From Octopus sinensis (Eukaryota), in NCBI RefSeq assembly GCF_006345805.1, contig NC_043017.1:33976001-34040000 (forward strand): a stretch of DNA of 64,000 bases. Direction: 5' to 3'. Under the pieces are notes generated by a model that had not been told where the DNA came from, made no database searches, and saw only the letters and a program-made list of their open reading frames with translations. The translations under genes and the position numbers were made by a program. This document shows, one piece after another, positions 37,585 to 49,355 of the stretch (the first letter of the stretch is position 1; each line of letters begins with the position of its first letter).

Positions 37585-37619
37585 ACTGTAATCTCCCAAC
37601 GATAATGTACTTGATATGC

Positions 37620-37865
37620 GAGGACACATGGCTTAGTGGTTAAGGTATTGTACGCGAGATTGTGGTTTCAATTCCTAGATCGGGTGATACGTTGTGCTCT
37701 TGAGCAAAAACACTTCATCTCTCGTTGCTCTGAGACCACTTCGACACCTGACGCTTGGCACACCTTGCACCAGTTCAGATAACGTCGATTTGATGGAAAG
37801 AGGGGGCTAATATGCGGCACGAACATTTGATCACTATAAACGAATCATTTGTGAAGGTCATTCGA
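37620..37865 (+). mobile_element. Old tRNA-derived SINE (family D)
   Basis: A-box-like TGGCTTAGTGGTTAAGG, B-box-like GGTTTCAATTCC, then CTTGAGCAAAAACACTT. Confidence 0.6.
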
Positions 37866-37972
37866 CAAAAAGCTGAACATTCGCACGTTGTCTTCGACGG
37901 GAGAGTTCATAATATATGTGTGTATGTGAGTGAGTTTCGTGTATGTGTATGCATACATATATGCACACAAAC

Positions 37973-38206
37973 AAGGCGGCGAGCTGACAGAAGCGTTAGC
38001 ACGCCGGACGAAATGCGTAGCCGTATTTCGCCTGCCGTTACGTTCTGAGTTCAAAATTCCGCCGAGGTCGATTTTGCCTTTCATCCTTTCGGGGTCGATA
38101 AATTAAGTACCAGTTACGCATTAGGGTTGATCTAATCGACTTAATCCGTTTGTCTGTCCTTGTTTGTCCCCTCTGTGTTTAGCCCCTTGTGGGTAGTAAA
38201 GAAATA
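37973..38206 (+). mobile_element. SINE B monomer
   Basis: Complete head plus body ending in GTAGTAAAGAAATA. Confidence 0.92.
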
Positions 38207-39662
38207 TATATGCACACACACACACACATATCTATACTAAATGGAGAAAGCTGCCTATTAATTAGATATGTAACAATTAGTAAAAATACTAAACGAAAGC
38301 AATTATTAAAGGGTTGACCGTCTGGAAATATTTGTATAAATTCATGTTCTAAGAAATGTGCTTCTCTTTTGCCCACAAAGGGCCAACGAAGAGGGGACAA
38401 TACAGGATATGTGGGGACATATAACATATGAAAGATGAATGCTATGGATTTGTACAAATAAAGATGAGACGGCCACCTCGGCCCCACTCTCGGGTGCTTA
38501 CGTTTTTACAATTAATTCAAATATTTCTACAAAAATCTTTCCCCCCTCCACCCTTTTAAAATGTTCATTGTTCATTCACAGTTCTCTTTTTTCTAATAAA
38601 TAATTCTCAATAATTTTTATTTACCACTTAATGCTCTTCTTTATCCCATCATATTCTAGCAGTGGGGTGCGGGATTCATTTCTCGCCTCATTTATATTGA
38701 AAAACATCAATACATGCGAGAGTGATAAAGAAACGAGGGGGGGTATCTTTGGACGTGCTAGAAACAACAGCCAAATCGCCTTTAAATCATTCACTTTTCC
38801 CTCTGAAAATATTAACTGTTTTTTCGTTGCTACCGAAAATGTTCGTCCCATGGTTTTGAAGTGGAAAAAAATTGGAGTGGGATGATGAAGGAGGGGGTGG
38901 TTAAAAGAAAGAGTTTTCAAAACTTTTTTCATATATCGATGCCCCCTACCAACATTGTGAAGGCTATTGTTTAAAAAGATTGTGGAAAAGCCTCGAAAAA
39001 ATTTTCCCTGTCAATTTCTTTAAAATCATAATCTATGCCGTTTGAAAGGGATTTGTATATATTTTCATTAAAAGATACCCATTTTCGTGAAAATAATGAG
39101 GGAACAAAATCAGATCGTGTGAATTTTCCAAAAACTCCTGTCTCCACCCCCTCGGAAAAATTCTTCATATAATTCCCTATATACTCTGCAGCCACAACAT
39201 CTAAGCGGTATTTGTAGAAAATTTTGTGCAAAATTATCCATCTTTCTGGATGTTATGAGACAACAAATTCAGAGGTGTATACATCTGCCTTTTTATTTAT
39301 ACAATTTTTTTTCATTTCATGTTTATTTCATTCATTATTTGAAATGTTCTCTCTCCCCCACCCTCTCTCTCTCTCTCACACACACACACACATACACACA
39401 CACACTGCAACGCTAACAGATGAGCTGCTGAATTGCAATCTCTATCTTGCTTTGAAGGGAGGGTAAAACTTAACAAATTGTTTCTCTTTCTGTAGTTGGA
39501 CTACCGTGGTGTTTGTTTAAAAAAGAGAGATTATGACTGTGATAAAATAATGAAGGCAATATTTACTAAGCAAGTGAGCACTATTATACAAAGAAATAAT
39601 TAGACATAAAATATGAGAAATTATTAGAATTGGGAATCAAATGTGAAAATATTAACAAAGGG

Positions 39663-39767
39663 CTAGCAGAAAGCCGCCTGGAGGGCGGTCTTTCTGCTAG
39701 TATATATAAATAACAATGGAACAAGATATTATGTAATGAAATTCATTACATAATTTCTTGTTCCATT
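39663..39767. repeat. Two adjacent palindromes; the first is Helitron-end-like
   Basis: CTAGCAGAAAG-CCGCC TGGAG GGCGG TCTTTCTGCTAG (39663-39700), then 26-bp arms 39715-39740 / 39742-39767 with 1 mismatch. Confidence 0.8.
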
Positions 39768-39937
39768 ATCATTTAAATTATCTGTTGCTATGCTCTGCAT
39801 AAAACTAATACTTTATATCGAAGCATATTTATATTGAGTTCTAAATCCAAGTTATACGTAACTCTATACCTAAGCGAAATATTAAAATATAAATGTGCGT
39901 GTGCGAAGTGTGTGTGCGTAAAGTCATACGTATGCAC

Positions 39938-39994
<57 letters not shown>

Positions 39995-40709
39995 ATATAT
40001 ATTGATATTGATATTGATATGTGTGTGTGTGTGTGTGTGTGTATGTTTGCCTTTCTTTAAAAGTGTATTTCTATGTTAATGTCTCATATATTTCACGTAT
40101 GCGGAGAAATATTTGAATGTATATCGTAAATAAAAAATTGTTTTTTTGTTTTTTTTTATCGGAAACAATATATTATATAAATGTACACTGAGGAAATTTT
40201 TTCCTATATTGAAACAAAATCATCACTTTTCTCTAGCAAAATCATAAATGCGTTTTTATCTTTCCCCGCTTTCCTTGTTTGCCTTCTCATTTCCGGTATT
40301 GATTTAGTATTTGAATTTCTGTTTAATGACACAAGATGCTGTTTGCTTTAAAAATATCATCCTTGCACAAAAGGTCAATTTGACTGAGTGTAAACACACC
40401 CCCGACGCACCCCACTTCAAATTATATTGAAGCTAGCATTTTCCTCTAAACTAATATAAATATATATTATTCAACTATTTATTTTTAATTTTCACTTGTT
40501 CATATTCTATACCGGTTAACGTATCGAACGTTTTCTTTATAACTTTTCTAGAAAGCTTATATTATATAAATGTCAATTTATGTAAAAGAAAGGAAGCAGT
40601 AAATGTATAGTGGTTGTTATTTTTATATGTCCATCGATAATATTGCACGTCATATTCTATATACACGATGAAGATTTCAATATAGAATAGGTTTCTGAAC
40701 CGTAACGTT

Positions 40710-40920
40710 AATTTCAAAGTTTGTCACAAGGCCAGCAATTTGGGGGAGGGGATAAGTCGGTAACATCGATTCCTGTACTCAACTGCAATTTTATTGATCC
40801 ACGAAAAGATGAAAGGCAAAGTCGACCTCAGAAGAATTTGAACTCAGAACGCAAAGATGGACGAAATGCTATAAAGCATTTTGCCCGGCGAGCAAGCATT
40901 TCTGTCACCTCACCGCCTTT
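40710..40920 (-). mobile_element. SINE B'
   Basis: Reverse complement of B core plus B' tail. Confidence 0.78.
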
Positions 40921-41127
40921 TCCTGAAACTAATATTGAAAATCATTGTATTATTATGGAGCGACTATATTTTCAGTTTTCACCACATGTGTCCATACACA
41001 TGTTAGACTTCCATTGAGAAAAAATATTACCTGAGTTTCATTTCTACTTTTGAAGTATATATTAGCTATTTCTTTAGAGTTTAGTGTCTCAAATTCACAT
41101 TTTGTCTTTCACTAACACTCGCATATA

Positions 41128-43567
41128 TATTTCTTTATTGCCCACAAGGGGCTAAACATAGAGGGGACAAACAAGGACAGACATAGGTATTAAGTCGATT
41201 ACATCGACCCCAGTGTGTAACTGGTACTTAATTTATTGATCCCGAAAGGATGAAAGGCAAAGTCGACCTCGGCGGAATTTGAACTCAGAACGTAACGGCA
41301 GACGAAATACCTATTTCTTTATTACCCACAAGGGGCTAAACACAGAGGGGACAAACAAGGACAGACATAGGTATTAAGTCGATTACATCGACCCCAGTGC
41401 GTAACTGGTACTTAATTTATCGACCCCGAAAGGATGAAAGGCAAAGTCGACCTCGGCGGAATTTGAACTCAGAACGTAACGGCAGACGAAATACCTATTT
41501 CTTTATTACCCACAAGGGGCTAAACACAGAGGGAACAAACAAGGACAGACATAGGTATTAAGTCGATTACATCGACCCCAGTGCGTACCTGGTACTTAAT
41601 TTATCGACCCCGAAAGGATGAAAGGCAAAGTCGACCTCGGCGGAATTTGAACTCAGAACGTAACGGCAGACGAAATACCTATTTCTTTATTACCCACAAG
41701 GGGCTAAACACAGAGGGGACAAACAAGGACAGACATAGGTATTAAGTCGATTACATCGACCCCAGTGCGTAACTGGTACTTAATTTATCGACCCCGAAAG
41801 GATGAAAGGTAAAGTCGACCTCGGCGGAATTTGAACTCAGAACGTAACGGCAGACGTAATACCTATTTCTTTATTACCCACAAGGGGCTAAACACAGAGG
41901 GGACAAACAAGGACAGACATAGGTATTAAGTCGATTACATCGACCCCAGTGCGTAACTGGTACTTAATTTATCGACCCCGAAAGGATGAAAGGCAAAGTC
42001 GACCTCGGCGGAATTTGAACTCAGAACTTAACGGCAGACGAAATACCTATTTCTTTTATTACCCACAAGGGGCTAACACAGAGGGGACAAACAAGGACAG
42101 ACATAGGTATTAAGTCGATTACATCGACCCCAGTGCGTAACTGGTACTTAATTTATCGACCCCGAAAGGATGAAAGGCAAAGTCGACCTCGGCGGAATTT
42201 GAACTCAGAACGTAACGGCAGACGAAATACCTATTTCTTTATTACCCACAAGGGGCTAAACACAGAGGGGACAAACAAGGACAGACATAGGTATTAAGTC
42301 GATTACATCGACCCCAGTGCGTAACTGGTACTTAATTTATCGACCCCGAAAGGATGAAAGGTAAAGTCGACCGCGGCGTAATTTGAACTCAGTACGTAGC
42401 GGCAGACGAAATACCTATTTCTATTTCTTTATTACCCACAAGGGGCTAAACACAGAGGGGACAAACAAGGACAGACATAGGTATTAAGTCGATTACATCG
42501 ACCCCAGTGCGTAAATGGTACTTAATTTATCGACCCCGAAAGGATGAAAGGCAAAGTCGACCTCGGCGGAATTTGAACTCAGAACGTAACGGCAGACGAA
42601 ATACCTATTTCTTTATTACCCACAAGAGGCTAAACACAGAGGGGACAAACAAGGACAGACATAGGTATTAAGTCGATTACATCGACCCCAGTGCGTAACT
42701 GGTACTTAATTTATCGACCCCGAAAGGATGAAAGGCAAAGTCGACCTCGGCGGAATTTGAACTCAGAACGTAACGGCAGACGAAATACCTATTTCTTTAT
42801 TACCCACAAGGGGCTAAACACAGAGGGGACAAACAAGGACAGACATAGGTATTAAGTCGATTACATCGACCCCAGTGCGTAACTGGTACTTAATTTATCG
42901 ACCCCGAAAGGATGAAAGGTAAAGTCGACCTCAGCGGAATTTGAACTCAGAACGTAGCGGCAGACGAAATACCTATTTCTATTTCTTTATTACCCACAAG
43001 GGGCTAAACACAGAGGGGACAAACAAGGACAGACATAGGTATTAAGTCGATTACATCGACCCCAGTGCGTAACTGGTACTTAATTTATCGACCCCGAAAG
43101 GATGAAAGGTAAAGTCGACCTCAGCGGAATTTGAACTCAGAACGTAGCGGCAGACGAAATACCTATTTCTATTTCTTTATTACCCACAAGGGGCTAAACA
43201 CAGAGGGGACAAACAAGGACAGACATAGGTATTAAGTCGATTACATCGACCCCAGTGCGTAACTGGTACTTAATTTATCGACCTCGAAAGGATGAAAGGC
43301 AAAGTCGACCTCGGCGGAATTTGAACTCAGAACGTAGCGGCAGACGAAATACCTATTTCTTTATTACCCACAAGGGGCTAAACACAGAGGGGACAAACAA
43401 GGACAGACATAGGTATTAAGTCGATTACATCGACCCCAGTGCGTAACTGGTACTTAATTTATCGACCCCGAAAGGATGAAAGGCAAAGTCGACCTCGGCG
43501 GAATTTGAACTCAGAACGTAGCGGCAGACGAAATACCGCTGAGCATCTCGCCCGGCGCGCCGCCTTT
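41128..43567 (-). mobile_element. SINE family B 13-mer tandem array (one head + 13 x 184-190-bp bodies)
   Basis: The marker CCCACAAG occurs at 41141, 41325, 41509, 41693, 41877, 42062, 42245, 42435, 42619, 42803, 42993, 43183 and 43367. A single, partly deleted head lies at 43538-43567. Confidence 0.97.
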
Positions 43568-44109
43568 AACACTCGCATATATTCACTAACACCAACACCT
43601 GCACAAGAATGCACATCAGGCACACACACACGCGCGTATATACAATCGCACGCATGCGTTTTCCAACACACTCACACGCCTTCCACTTAACCCGCCACCA
43701 CCGTTCTGCTTGACAAACGCTCTGAGAACCTCTTTCCGGTTCCGAATTCGTAGCTTAAACCTGCGCACGCGGGTACACAAACACACACGCACGCCTACAA
43801 CACACATAAACACACACAAACATACATGCACTTGTCATAGTTCGGACCTCCTTACCTCCTTTTCGTATCGCTTTGTTCGATTCTCCTTACTTCTTTTTCT
43901 CTTCTCTATACTGCCTCGGGAGATCGGTCTTCCCCTCTTCCGACCATTTTTCCTTCGTCACTCAACTCTTCCCTGCTCTACCGCGCCATACGTTCTGACT
44001 CGACCCTTTTTGGCTGGTTAATCTACTACTGGAACTATAAATTTTACCATCTTTGTACTCATAGCACTCCCTCCAACTATGTGAAAATGTTTTCAAAACG
44101 TAGTAATTA

Positions 44110-44179
<70 letters not shown>

Positions 44180-44189
44180 TATATATTTA

Positions 44190-44440
44190 AATTGTGAAGT
44201 CAAAAATTATGAAGCATGACTGTCAACACTACTACATGAACCCGAAGATTGCAGAATTCAATGCATGAAAGTACTAGTTCAATCAGAATGAACATTTAAC
44301 ATTCTACTATTTCATTTTATTTTATTCAATTATAATTATTATCTTATAATATATCATTATAAGATTGTAAATAAAACGTGAAAATCAGACAAGGTTGGAA
44401 TTCTTTTATTAATATATTCTCTATACACAATCACTCACAC
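44190..44440 (+). mobile_element. Penelope-like element terminal fragment between (TA)n tracts
   Basis: Contains a complete minimal hammerhead fold followed by AT-rich sequence; (TA)n on both sides. Confidence 0.55.
44237..44281 (+). ncRNA. Minimal type I hammerhead ribozyme fold, CCGAAGA core
   Basis: TGAAC CCGAAGA T TGCA GAATTCAA TGCA T GAA AGTACT A GTTCA: 5-bp stem I, 4-bp stem II, palindromic AGTACT stem III, CUA cleavage triplet. Confidence 0.7.
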
Positions 44441-44510
<70 letters not shown>

Positions 44511-45435
44511 CAAGAGAGAGGGGAAAAGGAGGGCATGTATGTGTGTGTGTTCTAAAAGGTGGTAGAATTGCAAATATTGCCAAAATTGCTTATTGCTTTT
44601 ATTGTGAATTCTCTTGTGTTAAACATGTTTCTCTACCCATGTATTTCACTACCAAGTATTTTCGTAAAGTCATCAGCTGTATTTGAATATATTCCTGCTA
44701 ATTGACGCAGGAACAATGCCACATGTTTTAAAGGAAGGGTATCATGATTAATTTTACGAAGTATCGATGGAATACGAAGCCCATACGTTTTGCCAAACAT
44801 CTATTTTGTCGTGATTCTTCAAACTTGATTAAGTTTGAAGAAAAAATCTTTTCTCTAGGACTTAAATGTATATTCGTGAATAATCTGGGTTACAGATAAC
44901 ACTCGTCTTAAATAAGCTTAAATAGTATTATAATCTATGTAATATCTATAGGAACAATGTTTTCCTCCAAGGAACGAGAATCTGGTATTCAGTTTATGTA
45001 CTCAGACAACGAGTCTCTGCTTAGGAATTACAATTATTCTTTTCCATATTTTTTTCATTTTTTGTAAAGTTGGATTCCGAGAATCTACTGGTGCTTCCTT
45101 AAAGAAAATAATTGAGCCTAATTATTAAGCATTCTACGGGTTTTAATTTACATATGATAGGGAAATAATTCTATTCCCAAATTTAGGGACAATATGACAG
45201 TGTAAACATGCTTTGTAAGCAGCCTTCTCAAAGTGTATATTTTGCAACAGATATATTTTTGCCGTTACGTTCATTTTATTTGTCAAATAACAATGACCGA
45301 GAAGCCTCATGACTGACATTTGGTGAAAACTATTGACTGACATCTAAAAAATATTGGGTTTTTATACAAATTAGAAAAACAATTCCATAATCCACTTTTT
45401 ATTTAGAAGTGCATTTTCGATAACACCTGTAAACA

Positions 45436-45475
<40 letters not shown>

Positions 45476-45577
45476 TGTGTGTGTTTGTATGTATATAATA
45501 TATATATACATATATATAATGGTGTGTGTTACATGTATATTATATATATGTGTGTGTGTGTGTGTTGGATGCATTTA

Positions 45578-45653
<76 letters not shown>

Positions 45654-45676
45654 CAACACAACATATATGCATATAT

Positions 45677-46287
45677 GGGTACAGGACGTCAGCAATTGTA
45701 AACAACATGAAGTACGAAAACAAACTAGTTACATATGCAAACAACGAAAAAAAAGTGGAAAACAGGACAAGTAACACAAACAACGATCCTTCATCAGTTG
45801 CCGGCTGTCTATCTCTGCCTCATTTCGAGCATTCAACCACAACATAAGAGTTCGAAAACAGTTGCTCCCATAACTTCCTAAATAAAATTTTGGATTTTAT
45901 GGAGGATCAAAATTGGGAGCAAAAACAGGAGAGTAGAGATGTACAAGGATACCGAACGAAAACGTAGAGGGGCGTTAGACCAAAACGAGTGGAAAAAAGT
46001 AAACTCTGAGAGAAATATTTTCTTTGAAATGAGAAAAGGCAGAAGAGATAGAATACGTCCAGTCCTTAGAACGTCCATGCAGGAAAAGGGAGATGGATGC
46101 GTGAGGTAAAGAAAGATGGATGATGGTCACATGTGAGCAACGAGAGAAAAGAGAAAAAGGGGAGAGAGATAGAAAACGGTGGAGAAAAGGGAATTAGAGA
46201 AGAATGGGGAGGAAACTCTATAGAATAGAGTCGCATCAGACAGGTTAAGATAAACTTATTTGGAAATGGATGCGTGGCATTCAATTC
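45677..46287. mobile_element. Interspersed repeat, possibly Penelope-like; partial second copy at ~49369-49460
   Basis: GGGTACAGGACGTCA..GTAAACAACATGAAGTA is shared by both loci, each following a microsatellite. The family assignment is inference. Confidence 0.45.
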
Positions 46288-46464
46288 AATAATAATATAA
46301 ATAATATATACGTGTAGTATATGTATTATATATTATAATATATATATATATTATATTATATATATATATATAGTATATATATATATAATAAATATTAGGG
46401 AATATATCCAAATTTACAGGGAAAAAAATCAGATTTAGGATTAAATCCAATTTATAGTAAAATA

Positions 46465-49200
46465 ATATAAAATATTATTTGAGACAAAACCACTATTTTG
46501 CAAAACAAACAAGGAAAGACTTAATCAATACATAAAATTTAATAAATAGTCAAAAAAACCCGCCACTCACAATTGTTTCTTGTCTTGATCGACAATCTTC
46601 GGGTGGACTTCCAATCTAAAAAATCAAAATTTTAAAATATAAAAATAATACTTTTAAATAATTAAAGTATAAATGAAAAAAATATAAGTATATAATCCAT
46701 ATATAACCTATATATAATCCATAACGAAAATAGACTAATTACCACGAATTCCCTAAAAAAAAAAAAAAAAAAAAAAAAACCATGATAAAAACAAACTCTT
46801 AAAACATATAACGATAAAATCTCCCTTTAAACTCTATAACAAACCTATAAAGTAACCCCTAACCTAAACATTCACACACAAAATACACACACTAAACCAC
46901 AGACTCACGACTTATACACATACCTATACTAACTTATAAACCTCAATATACACCAAAACCCACTCCCTCCCCACACAGACAAATTAACACATACATCCCA
47001 AAACCTAAATAACAAACCCATATACACATTCACACACAAAACACACACTCACACGCAAAACACTCACACAACAAAAGATACTATACTCCCTCACATATAC
47101 GCCTATACATACTCACTAAACTCGACATATACAACAATACTTACACACCCACAAAAAACATTATATACATTTATGAGCTTTAACTCACCTTAGCATCTCT
47201 ACAAACAACTTGCAGTAACCCAATCCCATTCTCTATGCCTACCTCACTACTAACTATTCCATTCACATTCCAAGCAACGCTAGTCCACCACCCGGTTTAT
47301 TCACGTGGCAAAACAAACACCACTCAAAATTATGAATGAAACAATGTAAAAAATAACCAACACCTAAAATAGACAAAATACCACGAATTACCTAAAAGAA
47401 ACCATGATAAACCAAAACTCATAAAAACATATAACGATAAAATCTCCCTTGCTAAACCCTATAACAAACTTATATAGCAACCCCCTAACCTAAACATTCA
47501 CACACAAAAAACCCACACACGTAAACCACAGACCCAAGACTTATACACATACCTATACTAACTTATAAACCTCAATATACACCAAAAACCACTCCCTCCC
47601 ACACAGACAAATAACACATACATCCCAAATCCTAAATAACAAACCCAAATACACATTCACACACAAACACACACACACCAAAAAACACACAACAGATACA
47701 TATGCTCCCTCACATATACGCATATACATACTCACTAAAACTCGATATATACAACAATATTTACACCCACACTCATACAGATAAATAAATAATTATACAA
47801 TTAAAAACTCACAACCAATCTCATATACATAAACCCTCTTATGAAAACAACAATAAATACATCGTAATTAACCAGATATCAAAAATAACATTATGACATA
47901 AGGATAAATCAAATACATACTTACAATTCAGTTACAAATTATGAAGTGAAATTAGATTCTTAGCCGTTAAAAAACCAAAAACAAAATTACGTTACCATGG
48001 CAATAACTAATGTAAAAAAAGAATACGCGCCATAGAAAGTAACGTCATTCATAGTATGAATGGAGAGAAAATAATAAATGGAACTAAAACTATTTCCACG
48101 TAGCAACCAACGCTACTTAAAAAAATTTATTATGAATGGATTCTTTAAAAACTATCATGAAAAATCAATTATATACAATTATGAGCTTTAGCTCACCCTA
48201 GCAACTCTAACAAACAACTTACAGTAACCCATACTCAATGCCTACCTCATTACCACCCTAATCCATTCACAATTCCAAGCAACATAGTCCACCACCCGGT
48301 TACAATTCCCAACTCTACCCATTCATTCACAATTTCAACGACGTTCCCTTCAACAACTCTACATATAAGCCTCAACATATACACCGGAGATACACTTACA
48401 CATCCGTGCGGATGGGTGAGAGTATACATTAAGTGTAGTGATGGGGCTGGGTTACTGCAAGTTGTTTGTTAGAGATGCTAAGGTGAGTTAAAGCTCATAA
48501 ATGTATATAATGTTTTTGTGGGTGTGTAAGTATGTTGTATATGTCGAGTTTAGTGAGTATGTATAGGCGTATATGTGAGGGAGTATATGTATCTTTTGTG
48601 TGTGAGTGTTTTGCGTGTGAGTGTGTTTTGTGTTTTGTGTGTGAATGTGTATATGGGTTTGTTATTTAGGTTTTGGGATGTATGTGTTAATTTGTCTGTG
48701 TGGGGAGGAGTGGGTTTTGGTGTATATTGAGGTTTATAAGTTAGTATAGGTATGTGTATAAGTCGTGAGTCTGTGGTTTACGTGTGTGTGTATTTGTGTG
48801 AATGTTTAGGTTAGGGGGTTTACTTTATAGGTTTGTTATAGAGTTAAAAGGGAGATTTTATCGTATATGTTTTAAGAGTTTTGTTTTATCATGGTTTTTT
48901 TTTTTTTTTTTTTTTTTTTTAGGGAATTCGTGGTATTAGTCTATATTTTCGTTATGGATTATATATAGGTTATATATGGATTATATACTTATATTTTTCA
49001 TTTATACTTTAATTATTTAAAAGTATTATTTTTATATTTTAAAATTTGATTTTTTAGATGGAAGTCCACAAAGATTGTCGATCAAGACAAGAAACGATTG
49101 TAGTGGCGGTTTTTTTGACTATTTATTAAATTTTATGTATTGATTAAGTCTTTCCTTGTTTGTTTGCAAAATAGTGGTTTTGTCTCAAATAATATTTTAT
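46465..49200. repeat. Large inverted repeat (arms ~46465-47230 and ~48440-49200) with internal direct duplications; Penelope-like
   Basis: The arms are reverse complements, including a long A/T run in both. Diverged direct copies: 46727-47152 vs 47366-47770 and 47161-47297 vs 48169-48301. A hammerhead-like motif lies in both arms. Confidence 0.9.
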
Positions 49201-49269
49201 ATATATATATATATATATATAATAATATATACATATACATATGTAATATCGAGGTCTCATTCTTTTTTT

Positions 49270-49305
49270 GTCATTTTATTATTATTATCATTATTATTAT
49301 TATTA

Positions 49306-49346
<41 letters not shown>

Positions 49347-49355
49347 TATTATTAT
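49270..49355. repeat. (TAT)n microsatellite
   Basis: Direct inspection. Confidence 0.95.

Noticed and set aside
38480-39220. G/C-run-rich segment suggestive of a DNA-transposon derivative
   Set aside because: I could not define TIRs or a TSD by eye.
41128-43567. CRISPR array, or a hammerhead/HDV ribozyme within the 184-bp unit
   Set aside because: There are no unique spacers and the context is eukaryotic. CCGAAAGGATGAAAGG lacks stem II and a UH site. GGTATTT can pair with AAGTACC, but the P1.1/P3/P4 order of HDV-like ribozymes is not satisfied.
45780-45830. CTGATGA on the minus strand as a hammerhead core
   Set aside because: No downstream stem II-GAAA, and the upstream GAAA does not give valid stems I/III.
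47991-48004. RFX X-box-like GTTACCATGGCAAT
   Set aside because: A single short motif inside a repeat-derived segment, with no promoter context.
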